In this document: positions 24,501-37,076 of the stretch, piece after piece
Layout: each line of letters starts with the position of its first letter
Position numbering within the stretch: the stretch's first letter is position 1
From: Zygnema circumcarinatum SAG 698-1b
Lineage: Eukaryota > Plantae > Zygnematophyceae
Direction: 5' to 3'
Assembly (NCBI GenBank): GCA_037447605.1
Contig: CM074809.1
Location: 1,664,689-1,728,688 of the forward strand
DNA: 64,000 nucleotides
Translations under genes and position numbers: made by a program
The notes under the pieces: generated by a model
What the model was told of the DNA's origin: nothing
The model's database searches: none
Seen by the model: only the letters and a program-made list of their open reading frames with translations

Positions 24501-27500
24501 ATCTGAACTTTGGCACCCAAAAAGTGTGCCAATGCAAGCTCCCGTCCAGTAACATTGAAATTGAATATTTCCATAGATGTTGAATTCATAAGAAGTGTCT
24601 GTCTAGGGATGCAACCGTCACTTGACATTAGTGGCAAAAGCATCAAGTTTTTAAAAAAGCGGCCAGAGAGTTTTTTGTTGTTTTGTGGGTCTTGGTTCCT
24701 CAGTTCTGTCCTTTAAGGCTCTGCCGATTAAAGCAATTTTTTTTGAGTTCTGAATTAGTCAGAATGAAAGAAAGGATTCTGGTTTTTTAACTGAAGAACT
24801 TGATTCTTAGGAAAAGCAGCTCAGCTTGATTTTGATTCTGATATATCTGTCTAAGCATTTATATGTTGCTGCAGGTTCATTCCACGGGTCTTCCAAGAAG
24901 ATAATGACTTGAAGCTCGTTCAGGCCGCATTTCATGAGTTCGTCACCGGTCCCTATTTCACCGATGAGGCAGAGCTGCAGGTAACTTTTGGCAGGAGCTT
25001 CTTAAATATTTCATTCTAGGCGGTGTGATATATGTGACAGGGGTAGGAGATAAGGGTATAGAAGTTCATGATTCTTATGGAGTTTCAAAAACCAGTTTAT
25101 TTCTGCGACTGCTTGGAATTGTTAAGCTTGCCATTTCAAATGTTGCTTTACATGTTTAGACGATCGGCTTCATTCTCTGGGTTTTGGAATTCCCAAGGAT
25201 ACAAGGAATTTCAGATACTGTACAAGTTCGAGTTATAATTTTGCATTGTTACAAATCTCTGTTAATAGTCGATTCGAGTTGACGAGACAATTCTGTTTTA
25301 GAATGCAGTAATCTCGAAGAGAGTCCTTAACTCAAATGGTTCTGATCATCTTGCAGTTGATTCTCGTCCCGCCAATCTCTCTATACTGTTCACGCTTTGG
25401 AAAGTCAGAGGATTTTGCTGGTGTTGAAATGATGTTTTTTGTACTATACTCCAGTAGTTTGCGAGTCTTTGCTGATCTGCTTGTCACCTTCCAGAAGCAT
25501 TCCTTGATCCTGTTTCCCTTTGGAATGTAGGCGTCAATAAAAGCAGGGAATAACAGTGTCAACTTTACGGTGGCCTCGGAAGTCCTTTCGTCTTATATTG
25601 TTGAGACAACCGTCGGGCAATCTATGGGAGTATGTAAGTGGCCAAACCCTACTCTTGGAGGCTGCTATGCAACTACAGGCTTTCAACTGCATTGTGCTCT
25701 CCTAGCTTTCCACTGGAACCTGATGTCCCACTTCATCTAATTTGCCGATGCTGGAAACTTACAAGGTCGATTAGCAGGCTGTCGATGGACAGCAAGTGAC
25801 AGACTAGAACTTGTATCAGGATAGGTATGAGAGCTGACGATTTGTGTGTTCGAATGGATTTGGTTATTCTGGTTTATCAGTGACATTTTTGTCAAGAATC
25901 GGAGGTATTTATCAACTCGGCATCCTTCTTTTCTTCTTTTCGCTGAACATGGTGCGTTTCTGGCCTTTGTTATATGAAGGTCCTGTCTAGGAAACCAAAC
26001 CATGACTTTTGCTGTTATGATGGCAATGAGTCTAGCAACAATGCAGTCAGGCTTTGTTCGTGCAGTCCGAAATAAGCTACTCGTCAGTAGTGCTTCTGCT
26101 TAGAATCGCCCAGAACCTGTGAAAGGAGAGCTGAACATAAACATCGCTTATTCCGTACCTGACTATTCTTGAATACTTGTTATGGTGGTCCATCATGTTT
26201 GGATTTTGTGGCGTGAAATTCTATTTTTTTTTGCGAGATGGTGTTTTTCCACATCAGAAGAATTGAGTCGTGGTAGTAACCAAAGCTTTGCACGCTGCAG
26301 AATAGCTGCCCTGTTTCATGCCGGAGGCCATGCTTTTTCCTTCTGAAGTGTGTCATGAAGCAAACTGAAGTGATTAAATATCTGGCGACGACTTGATATG
26401 CAGTGCTTTGCAGGCGAATGTGCCCAATTTTCACCTCTTCACGGTTGTTTTAATAGGCTTTCGCATCTTTACTGAGACCCAGTGAGGCTGTTACTGCTGC
26501 TGGTGTATTGAGCTTTGTTTTGCAGTCAGAGCGTTGGATTACTTTTCTTCGGTATGATGATAAGTTGCTGAATCGATTGGAGCGGCAACGCCTTGCCCGT
26601 TACCGCTGGCGGAAGGTACGAGAGAACAGTGGTTGAGTTTGCGTTTTGGATTAGAGAGGAGGAGAAGAAGTAAGGATTAGCATTTGCATTTATAGTCGAA
26701 TCTATTATCTATTGTCTAGCTGAGCATTTGCCACTGGCACCACGCAATGCCCAATACATGAAGGTCGTCGGGACCTCGGGAGAGAACTGGCTACCTCATT
26801 GCACAGTTTGGAGAAGTCTAACACTTTGATTACTATATGGTTCTGTCTGCAGCTTGCAATTGCTGTCAGATTGGGACTTGTGACCGGAAAATTCGGAAGG
26901 ATCATGGGAGTGGCGGATCACAGCGCGAATGTCGACGTGGAGAAGAGTTCAGAAATTGGGGATGAGGCCGTAATGGAGTCCACGAGAAGTATTTTTGGGA
27001 AAAGTGGTCGCAGTTTGCGGAAGTTGGAGGCCATGGCTCAGAGCAAGCGGGTGCCAGTACAGAAGCCTGTAAAGAAAGCCGCAGGGGGAGGCTGGTTCAA
27101 GGGCATTCCTGGTTTTCGCTTACCTCCCAATAGGGCTTCGCCTCAAGACCAAGTGGCAATCTCAGACGTGAGCCCCTTCACCAACTCCTGCTGAGGAGTT
27201 TGCGAAGCTGCGATTGCTGCTCACAATTGCATTGTTGCTGCGTTTCTCAACTATTCGGAGGGATTCGTTTACTATCAAGTGTAACCAAAGTCTCATTTTC
27301 ATGATTGTTTTGCCCTCTATTGATTCTCGCTTCGTCCACGTTGTCTGCTGGAAATGATTGCTCAAAGGGCCACTGTCTGCTAAGGGGTTGCTCTGGGCAT
27401 TCTGCAGAGCATGGAACGTAAAGCGCGCGAAGATATTTTGAGTAAGAATCCTGATGTCAAGCTTCAACCGGAAGCGGAAGTGAAGGTGCCGTTCATCATC

Positions 27501-29272
27501 CCTTAGGATGGATGCTTCCGAACTATATTTAGATTCGCTGCAGTTCTATATTTTTTTTCCTTTGCCCTTGTCTCAGAAACGATCAGTACTTTATGAACTT
27601 TGGATGCATATCCAATGAACCCTTGTGTTCTTCTCAATGTTTTTGACTCAGTGCGATTGATTGATTTCTTTCCAACACCATTCGTACTTCGTGGATACAT
27701 CGTATTTATTACCTCTTTCTATAATGTTTCTGACGATTGTGTTTCACTCTCTCACATGTCTAGCATTGCGGCTGTTCGAAAGTTTGATATAGACAGTACG
27801 CTGTTTATTGTTACTCCAAATCTTTGCTTGAATGATGTTCTCGTTTTTGTCAGAGCTGAAAATTACTGATCATGTGTGCATGGCTAGCGGCTGCCTCCAG
27901 ATTGAAGTGGAGCCGGAGGAGCAAGCTGCTGAAATACAAAAGAGCAGGAGCTTTCCGGAGAAGGTCGGCAAAGGCATTGTGACAGGAATTCGGGTACGTT
28001 CACTTGCTAACTTGCCAAATATCGTCCACAAAGTGACAAGAGCCGCTTCTTTATTTGCTCGGTGATTTCCAAGTACTCAGCATCCATGCTTTCGCTCATG
28101 CGTCAAGAGCTGAGAGTGTAGAACAGTAGAGTTACTGCAAGGGCCTCGTGCCTTTATGTAACTTTTGAATGTTACTTCGACTGAACTGTGCGTATCCAAG
28201 ACAGTCATTTCTTCTGGTTACAACTTGTCATGGCTTTCTGAACATTACTGCTTCTTGCTTCCTTTTTTCCATGTGCCTCTTTCCTTCAAAACAGGCAACA
28301 GGGCAAGTTGGAAGCCTTGTTGCCTCGGCTGGTGGGAATGCCGTGAAGATGATTGCAAAGCCGTTTGGTCCCGGGGCGGCTGCGGAGGGTAATCCGACAC
28401 AAGCAGAGAGGTCAGATGTTTTAGAGTCAGTTACAGAGGATGAAAACAAGGAGGAGGAAAAGAAAAAGAAAAAAAAGCAGAAGCGCAGAGACACTCGCTT
28501 GGGGAGTACTTCGGAACATAAGGGCAGTGTGATCCGCAGGTTTCGAAACCCTAGCTGGATACAGGACTATGAAATGCTGCCGGCTGTGCCAGGTGGGGCT
28601 CCATCCCAACAGATGCCTCACTCAGTTTTTCAAGGAGTGGAGTAGCCCTGTTTTGCATGGCTGATTTGGATTGACCAGGCATGAATGGGTTGGCCTTGCG
28701 CTGGCAAACCCGTTTGTTCAGTCACTCTCTATCCTCTTGTCAGGTATTTGTGGCAATCTGAGACCTTGTTGAATCTTACGCTGCAGATATCGGTGAGGAG
28801 GAAGAGAGGAAGCGTCAAGAGCTGAAAAGGGCAGAGGAGGAGGAGAGGAAGAAAAGGCTGGCAGAGTCGGGAGGTGACCATGAACTCTTACCAGAGGCTG
28901 CTAAAGATGAAATTGACAGTGACAGTGACGAACTTGTGCTGGACCCAACCGACATATACAACTACCTGATTGTAAGTGGCCCACTCCCCAATCTTCCTGC
29001 CCTACTGTCGGCCCGTGATGCGCTCGTAGTGGAGCTGTTCGCATGCGGCTGTTACATGTGGGGGACTCGTGGTTCGTCAGTAGTCAGTTCAAAGCATCCT
29101 GTTAATACGTGTCTTCGTTTGCTCGCTGTTCACACCCGTCCTGCATCCTTATATTGGTACGATTTTGCAGGAATTGCATGACTACCAAGCGCGTCTCCGT
29201 ATTGATTTTCTGGCGGCTCAATCCATGCTGGAAAACGTGGTCCAGCGCTTCCGCCCCCACAGTGATTTGTAG
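21506..29272 (+). CDS. Conserved uncharacterised multi-pass membrane protein, 15 exons, 792 aa
   Basis: Exons 21506-21859, 22124-22215, 22957-23116, 23581-23748, 23976-24139, 24875-24980, 25531-25633, 25881-25951, 26526-26615, 26853-27167, 27408-27485, 27901-27993, 28295-28592, 28787-28971, 29171-29272 all phase-consistent (2379 nt). Motifs KHWI|DEQKVQVKRKTELGG, NDLLFNVTAVS, LKLVQAAFHEF, TFLSRIGG and terminal AAQSML resemble an uncharacterised land-plant family (Arabidopsis At5g16520-like, recalled from memory, unverified). Confidence 0.85.
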
Positions 29273-29717
29273 GCTCGTCGAGGGTCGAGAACTTCGTTGA
29301 ACTGGGCAGGCAACATGCTGCGATGGACGGAATGTACATCTTGGCTCGGAGTCAATCGTCCGCTAAATATTTATTGATGTATCCCCGATTGTGTTATTCA
29401 GTTGCTATCCTGACGGTAGGGACAGGGTACCATAGTTGTTACTAATAATTAATTAGAAAGGCCGGGAAGTGAAAGAATATGCTTTTTGCACAGCCACATG
29501 ACAGTTTTTCGCGATGGAAGAATATCTACTCGGAGCTGCACACGGCCACTTCATGAAAGATGAGGTTGTTTGTATGGGGCGCTCTATGCTGCGCGCAGCA
29601 GTAGGGAGCTGCTGCATGTGTCCATCCACTGCTGTGAGCATGGTGAGAGTCTGGCAATGAATGTTTTTGCAGGAGCTGACTGTCTGCCGCCTGCAAAGCG
29701 GCGTCCATAAATGCCCG

Positions 29718-29748
29718 CCTAACCGTAACCCTAACCCTAACCCTAACC
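29718..29748. repeat. Interstitial telomere-like array, ~5 CCCTAA-type units (one CCGTAA variant)
   Basis: CCTAAC CGTAAC CCTAAC CCTAAC CCTAAC C, about 100 bp upstream of the putative SMUG1 ATG. Confidence 0.85.
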
Positions 29749-29850
29749 TGAGATCGACAGCAAGAAGGCCTCGTTTCCTCTCTACATCGTCTCATGATCG
29801 CCCACTCTCCAGAGCCTACATAGCCTGCTGGTCACCAGGGAAAGTCCGCC

Positions 29851-32800
29851 ATGGCCGTGCTCCACGCAGCTTTCGAATGGGCTCTCCGCTCAGAGGGGAG
29901 CGACAGCTGCACGACAGTGCTTGCTTTGTCGTGCAGCGAAGTCTCGGAGCAGACCAAAGATTTTTGCGGCAGCCCTCCCCTGCACTCGCCTCCAAGCGCA
30001 TTCGGCGTAGCGGACCCACCACCCAGAATCGTGCCGTCAGAGATTCCAAGCTCTCTACAAGGCGCTGGAAACACTCTCAAAAGAAACACTCTTAGGTAGA
30101 GGCCATGTTGTACACGTTATGAGGTCTTTGAGGAGCTCTCAGAGGTTGCAGCTGAGAGAGGATCTTGGGCTCTCTGCAAACCCTAAAGCATCTCCTGCAA
30201 TCTCGCTGGAGCCCTTGCCCGCCATTGAAAGCTGTGAAAAACCCTACACAGCCAGTGAAACTTCCAAGGTGGAAGTCTCTCGGAAAAGAGCTCGTTCAAG
30301 CGGGGTTGTTCGCACTGATGATTTAGCAGGAAGGGAAGGAGGGAGTTCGAGTGAGATACAGGAAGGTGATGTATGTAGTTCAGAGGCACGGGGAGAGACC
30401 GGAGGAGATAATAAGATTGACAGGGAAGATGGAGGCACTTCCAAAGAAGCAGCTAAGCCGGCAGCGACCACGCAGCAAACTGACAAGCTTGAGGCTATTG
30501 AGGACGAGCTTGTCGCAAAGCTTTCAGCACTTTCATACGCACCTCCAGTGACACATGTGTGAGTACGGAATGTGACTTTCAACTTCCGGAGTATGAGAAA
30601 TGAACATGAGAAAGAGGAACAGTTTCATCATGGAATCAGCCGCTTGATTTTTCCTGCGAGGGTAAGGCAAATGTGGCTTCACATATTTTGAGAATTTAGA
30701 CACAGTCTACGATGCGGTTCACGATCCACGATCCACGACACAATTACATTGAATCAAATGATTGATTCTATGTCTCACGGCATTTCAGTGTTGTCCAGCT
30801 AGCTCTGCTCTTTGAAGCGATACACAATAGTTAGGTACATTGCGGTTAATAAAGCACCAATCGTTGATGTGAATGGCTCATAACACATGAAATCACTCCA
30901 CTGAGGTTTTCAGTAATGAAAATAAGTTAATGCCACTTCATTGCTTTCTCAACGTGGTTACAACATGCTGATCTGCAAGTCAATCACTTTTGATCACACC
31001 ACTTCAAAAAAACCTGCAGCCAAACCAAACCTGAAATCGAAGTCGGTGAAGGTTAGTAGCGCCACCGGACCTCCACTGCCCCGCCCCTTTATAATGATAA
31101 AGAAGACCCGTGACATTTCTCAAGTCTCTGTCTCAAACGCTCCCTGTAGGAGAAGTCGACCGCTGAGGAAATGTAGCCAGAAGCTGCGCTTTTCTTTGAA
31201 AGTGTCTGCAAGGGAAAGTTGGTCTTGCATTTCACGTTGAACTAATTTTACTTTGACTTGGCATATTCTTCACACAGAAGTGGGGTTAACTTAACATAAG
31301 ATCGCGTGTTCTCTATTGAGCGTGGCGAACCTTCTCTTTGATACTCACTACTCACAAGAAATCCATGGGGGGGGGGGGTCCATCCATTCCATCTCGTCGT
31401 TTTTTTTTTTTTTTTTTTTTTTTTCCTTTCATTCATCTTGTCTTTCTTTTCTCGTCTTTTTTTTTTTTTTTCTGTTTTCTTTCTTTCTGACTGTGTTAGT
31501 GGTTAGTTGGTTACCGGCTTAAGGCCAACAATGTTCAACTTTAACCATTGTTAATTGTACTTGAGCCTATATTGTTGTTTGTATTCATATCATTTGAATT
31601 TGTACTTGTTGTTTCTGTGCCTGTCTTTGTTGATGATTTTTCAAATGCTGTAACAATTCTGACATATTCTGTCTTCCCATGGCCGGCAGGTACAATCCCC
31701 TAATCTATGCTCGAGAGCCACATAGAGAGTACATTCGCAAATATGGTATGTGATGAGACAACTTTATCATGCTTCCATGTGCATCTCTCTCTCAAAATGT
31801 GTACCAGTGATCATCACTGTACCCAAAAGGAAAACGTTTTCTTAATTAAATAGAGAAATCTTGTAAAGTACTTGTAAGCGTGCTAATCTCATTAACTGAT
31901 GGATCAAACATTGGAGAACCCATTTTAGTGAATGGCATATGACAGTCCCCTTGAGTTGAGATTTGCCAGTTCAGCACATGCAGCTGCAACTGCTGCAGTT
32001 CTGCAATCCCCATGAGCATGTCTCTGAGGTTGCAGGGAAGCCCATAAAGAAAGCGCTTTTTCGTGTGCAGGTTCACTGACATTTTGCCCAGTAACTGAAT
32101 TTATTGCAATAGTAGCCCTACCACTTAAACATTAGTTCAAGAAGCCACCGCGAGCCATAGATATCTGATGGAGTAGTACACTCTTTCAGCTTTCTTCTGT
32201 ACGATTCCAGTTTCTCTTCTGGCCCCATGGACCAAGCATGGGTGACTTCCAACATTGCCAGTAGGCAGACTGCTTTCTATTATGCAGAAAATAATCCTCA
32301 AAGGCTGTCCTCCAGCTGCGATTTAGTCATACTGCGATCTAGAGCAGCTCGCACCCCTGTTTGTGGAAAACAAAGTGCTGTTTTCCTTTTAGAAACCTGA
32401 GCTTGTTAGACTCTCTTCTTCTCGTACGAATTGCAAAATGAAGGTGAAAGCAGACGCTTTCTGTACAACACTGAACATAGCGTGAATACAAGAACCAGGA
32501 TTTTCAAAAAATTCTATCCATAGGAAGCGCTTTAAGGGAGGAATGGCATGATGTCATATTCTCACATCGCATGGGTTCTCCGACCTTACCGTTGCATCCA
32601 AATGCGATCAAACGGCCTTTTTACAAGTGCTATTGACCTTTTTTAAGTGCATGCTAATCACAGTCTGTGGATACATTTAGAACGGCTCTGTGTACTGCCC
32701 TGAAAGCGTCTCCCTTTGCTCTGTGCCCTCAACCATTTTGCACTCATAGAGTCCCAGCTGCGGTGTGGCAGCAGCCAGGCAGCCGGCGGAGGTGGTGCTT

Positions 32801-34653
32801 CTAGGCATGAATCCGGGGCCCTTTGGCATGTGCCAAAACGGAGTGCCCTTTGGGGACTGCCCCGCAGTGAGGGATTACCTCCGCATCAACGGCACGGTAT
32901 GGGGGCTAAGCCCCAACCAAAAAAAAAAAAAACTGCTAATACTGCTTCCTCGTGAATTTGTTTGTCGGTGGAGGATTCCCGATTTCAGTATGGTTTCTGG
33001 AAGCCGTTGGAGACTTTCCCATTTGTGGGGTTCTTCTGAAGTCGTTATGATGGGATGATCTATTGTCATGGATGGGGTAACAATAAAGTTCAGTTATTTG
33101 TTGTGGGCAGGTGTTCCCTCCGGAAAAAGTCCACCCTAAGAGACCCATCGACGGACTTCATTGCCCTCGACGAGAGGTAATATGCGCTTTCATCAGTCTG
33201 CATTCCCCTCCTAAGGTTGCTGTTTGCTCTCTGAGATTGTCAACTCTACTTCGACAAAGACCTATAGAGAGTGTACAAAAACGAGTGGGTTTTGTTTGCA
33301 TCCTAATGGAAACTGACCGTATGCCAATGGGGGACATTGTAGTTGCTGTTCAATAGCCTGCGACCTGCCCTTCCCTTCCTATGTCCGGTGCAGAATTCTT
33401 AGCTTCTTCGAACCTCGCACTGTTTTGAGTTTATTCATTACTACCAACGATGTCTTAAAGATTCAAATGATAAGACGAAAGGAGAGTGCATCTCGTTTTC
33501 TGGCTTCCCTTTCTTTAAGCCTTCAGGCAGGCAGGGTTTAAGGAGCGCAGGTGAGCGGGCAGCGACTGTGGGGATGGATTTCTACTCGCTATCCGAACCC
33601 CAACGACTTTTTTTCTCGTTTCTTTGTGCTTAATTATTGCCCACTCGCCTTCATGGAGGCTTCTGGCAAGTGAGGTATCCTTCCCTCGTCCGATCTGCAT
33701 GCTGTTCAGTAGTTAAAAATGTTTAGCAAACTCTTTTGTGAGAAGACTTTGTTCGATAACCTCGCATTCTTCCACAGTTCACCGCAGTCCAACCTCCGTA
33801 GCTGGATGTGCTGCACGAGTTTTACAGCCTTTTTACTTTTGGGTTTGGAAAGTTATAGGGTGAAGAAAAAATGTTGGTCATTGCACTGTTTTTTGAAGAG
33901 AATAGTTTGAGGAAAATGGAATCAAATGCTCGAGAAATTCATTTAGGGCGAGCATGAATGCTGGTCTTACAGAAACCGCACCCCCGACAAGCTCCATCCC
34001 TCTGAGAGGGAGCAGCTGGTGAAGGTCTGCAACGAAGCTCTAAGGCGGAGTCTCGCCCTCATCAGTCCGCGAGTGGCGGTGGGCATCGGTGAGCGATGAG
34101 ATGAAATGGCAGGGGGAGTTTTCCTGGTCTGTTTTCTGTTTATGTGTTGGCTGGCAAACTTGGACGCATTGCAATTGCAGTTGGAACATGGGCTTCCGCG
34201 GACAGTTTTAAACGCTTCTCCTACAACTGAATTAGGGACCTCCGATGAATGGTGAAAGAATGAAAGTGTTGTTGTTGGAAACTGGAATTTAGTGTCGATA
34301 AGTTTTTACGATGTGTGCTCTCTGCTTGCTTCAATCAATCAATCAATCGGCACCTCCTCCCCTCTCTTCAGAGTGCTGCCATCCCTAGTCGCCAGTGTTG
34401 CGCACTGCATCACGCAGCGGTTTGCTGTAAGACGCTGCTTGCGACTCCGATCAATTGTCTATGTCCTCCCTCATCCACTCTGACGGAGGGCCACTCTGTA
34501 GGGAAGTATGCGGAGGCGAGACTTCGGGAGTGCTGCGACGACGGAGTGGTGGTGGGAGGCATCCTCCATCCAAGCCCTGCGAACCCATCGGCCAACAAGG
34601 ACTGGGCCACAACTGTGGAAACGCAGTTGAGAGACCTTGGAGTCGTGTTATGA
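29851..34653 (+). CDS. SMUG1: SMUG1 single-strand-selective monofunctional uracil-DNA glycosylase (UDG family 3) with a long N-terminal extension
   Basis: Exons ...-30558, 31690-31745, ~32770-32896, 33111-33176, 33551-33669, 33973-34088, 34502-34653 join in frame: [89 protein letters not shown]. The 5' end is unresolved: ATG 29851 (strong gccATGg, needs an intron to change frame) or ATG 30119. Confidence 0.93.
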
Positions 34654-35507
34654 GGCCCGCGCCTTTGATTGTCTCGACAGCGCTTTTTTAAGCCATTGGT
34701 GGATGGGTCGTTGGATGCGCCGGAAAGGAGCAGACAGGGTAGTTGGCATCTTTGGAATATGTCAGTCTGTCTGACCTGTCATTAGAGGGTGGACGGATGC
34801 TAAAATAGATAGTGTTCGGGAGGAGGCGTGATTTCTCGTGATCGAACGGGACTGTTCCAAACTTTTGCAAACATGACGTTATCGCTTTGTTTCGGTGTCT
34901 TCAAATCTGTGCCTGCATGTTTCGGTGTCTTCAAATCTGTGCAGTGCAGGCGGGACCTAGATGAGAATCAATTCACGATTATGACGACGGCGATTATGAA
35001 GACGGGAATACGCAAGACGCGAGGCAAATCAGATGAACTTTGCTCAAAACTGGAGTTGATTATAACAACAAATACACAATAAGTCAGCGCAGCTACGTCT
35101 GCGGTTATGCCTAAAGTCATCGTACAGGCATTCATTAACAGCCCCGCGCCCTATCTCCCATTGCAACTTTCTGCAGAAGCGCCTGAGCTTCCCAAAAGAA
35201 TCAGCAGATTGCAGGTCTTGCTGCACTGCTTCTACCCGCGCCCTCCCCACACCCCGCCCCCTAAAGCTTTACTTTGGCAGCGTCCCCTTCTAACAACCCT
35301 GATTGGAAACGCTTGTCTGACAGGAATACTGGAAAATTCCGGAGTCTCTATTACATCGAGAGCTGGCTGCTGCACTAGACGCAGATACTGTAAAAACATG
35401 GAAGGACTAATGTAAAAGCAGCGTAAATAATCCCATAGCTCAATTTTTTGAGCAATCTACATATGCACAAAATACCGTTACCCCCTTGCTGGCTTGCACA
35501 GAAACCA

Positions 35508-35558
35508 CCCCCCCCCCCCCCCCCCCCCCCCCNNNNNNNNNNCCCCCCCCCCCCCCCC
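35508..35558. other. Assembly gap (10 N, 35533-35542) inside a poly-C tract just past the COL stop codon
   Basis: Read directly. Confidence 0.95.
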
Positions 35559-35577
35559 ACGCCCCCTTTTCCTCTCT

Positions 35578-37076
35578 TCAGAAAGATGGCACAACGCCGA
35601 AATTGGAGCTTGGCACCATGGCGAACATCCCATCCACAGCCTCTTCCCGCGGCTTGTCTGTGCGCTTTGCAAACCGACCCTGCATGTACGAAATGAAGGA
35701 TGTCAGAGTTATCCAGATCTACACGAGTAATCTCAAACCCGGCATTATCTTATAGGAGCAATGCTTGCGACCCTCGTTTCTCACCTTGATGCGGGGCCGG
35801 CTCTCTGCATACGCTTTCCGGGAAGCATAGCGTATTGTCTTCTCGAATTTCCGATTCTTCCTCTTCTCCTTGTATCGCAACACCCGCGCCTCGCGAGCAA
35901 GAGGCAGCATTTGCCCGACGTGGAGGATTCGAGGAGGGAACTCGAATTGGAGGCCATGGCTATCGAACTGGGCGGAAGTTTCGGACGCATCAGGCACCAC
36001 TCCGACGTCAATGGATGATGACGACATCTGCAGGGGAATCCAACTACATCACAACGTCAGCCCCAATTGCAGGGCACACGCGGTTAAAAGTGCCTGCATC
36101 TATGCACTGCAAAACACAATGACCCTAGAAAAGCGGATCTTAGCTCCTACCCTCACAAGATATTTACAGCGGGGCCCCTTCATCAGCAAAGCAGCGTGCG
36201 GCCCTCCTGTTCTGTGAGGCACTGGGCACGAGCACATACGCTGTGGCTGACTCCTGAATTCGCATAGGGATACGCCTTGTGGCCATTGGGAAGCTGCGAA
36301 TCAAATGAGCCCGACGCGTTCGATGACGGCGAAGGTTGACTCCCAGCGTCTGCGGAGCAGACCGGCACCAGACTGTCCGTCACTTGCACTGCCTGCGCAT
36401 CCCCCATGGCGTGCGCATACTCCAAATCTAGGTACGGGTCTACGTCTGAGAAAATGTCCCCTCCGTCCGCCTCTACCTTCGCCTTCACCATCCTTTGCAT
36501 CGTCGGCGACCTGCACTGCGGCGGGGAAGCCGCGGCATAGGGCGAGCAGGGCACCACCGCCGCGCTGTGCTCCTGTGGGGAGGCCGAGCAGTCCCGCTGC
36601 GGCCGAGGCAGCAGCCAACTCGCAGCCTCTGCCGCAGAGGCGTCCTCCCCCAGCATGGCCGCATGGCTGCTCCCGCAAGCCGCCGCGCTGTCGCCCACGA
36701 CGGAGGGCCCTTGCCCCAATCCCTGCCCCTGCCCCTGCGCCTGCCCCTGCACCGCGGCGTGGATGTGCGCGACCTTGACCATGGAGGGGCACTCGTAGAA
36801 GGGCGCGATAGGCACGCGCTCGTGGCGCTGCGCGAGGGGGTTCGCCGAGTGGATGTCCGCGTCGCACTGCGCGCAGAGCGCGGCCGCGTCCGCCTTGCAG
36901 GTCACGGCCGCGGGCGCGACCTCGCAGACCTCGCACATCCACACGCGCTCGTGCCGCGAGGCGAGCCGGTTCGCGCCGTGCACCTTCCCGTCGCAGCCCG
37001 CGCACAGGTACGCCGCGTCCGCGCGGCAGAACACCACCGCGCCCGCCACCGCGCAGGCGTCGCAGGCCTTCGGCAT
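35578..37076 (-). CDS. COL: CONSTANS-like protein (two B-boxes + CCT domain), 3 exons, 393 aa
   Basis: Exons 37076-36240, 36027-35785, 35679-35578. MPKACDAC...[71 protein letters not shown]; [37 protein letters not shown]|GRFAKR; C-terminal FGVVPSF*. Confidence 0.96.

Noticed and set aside
33675-33684. GTATCCTTCC, a U12-type 5' splice consensus in SMUG1
   Set aside because: Using it would include an in-frame TGA; the upstream AA|GTGAGG donor gives the correct frame.
34888-34942. 25-bp direct repeat with 30-bp period (TGTTTCGGTGTCTTCAAATCTGTGC x2) between SMUG1 and COL
   Set aside because: A simple local tandem duplication in 3' intergenic sequence with no further structure.
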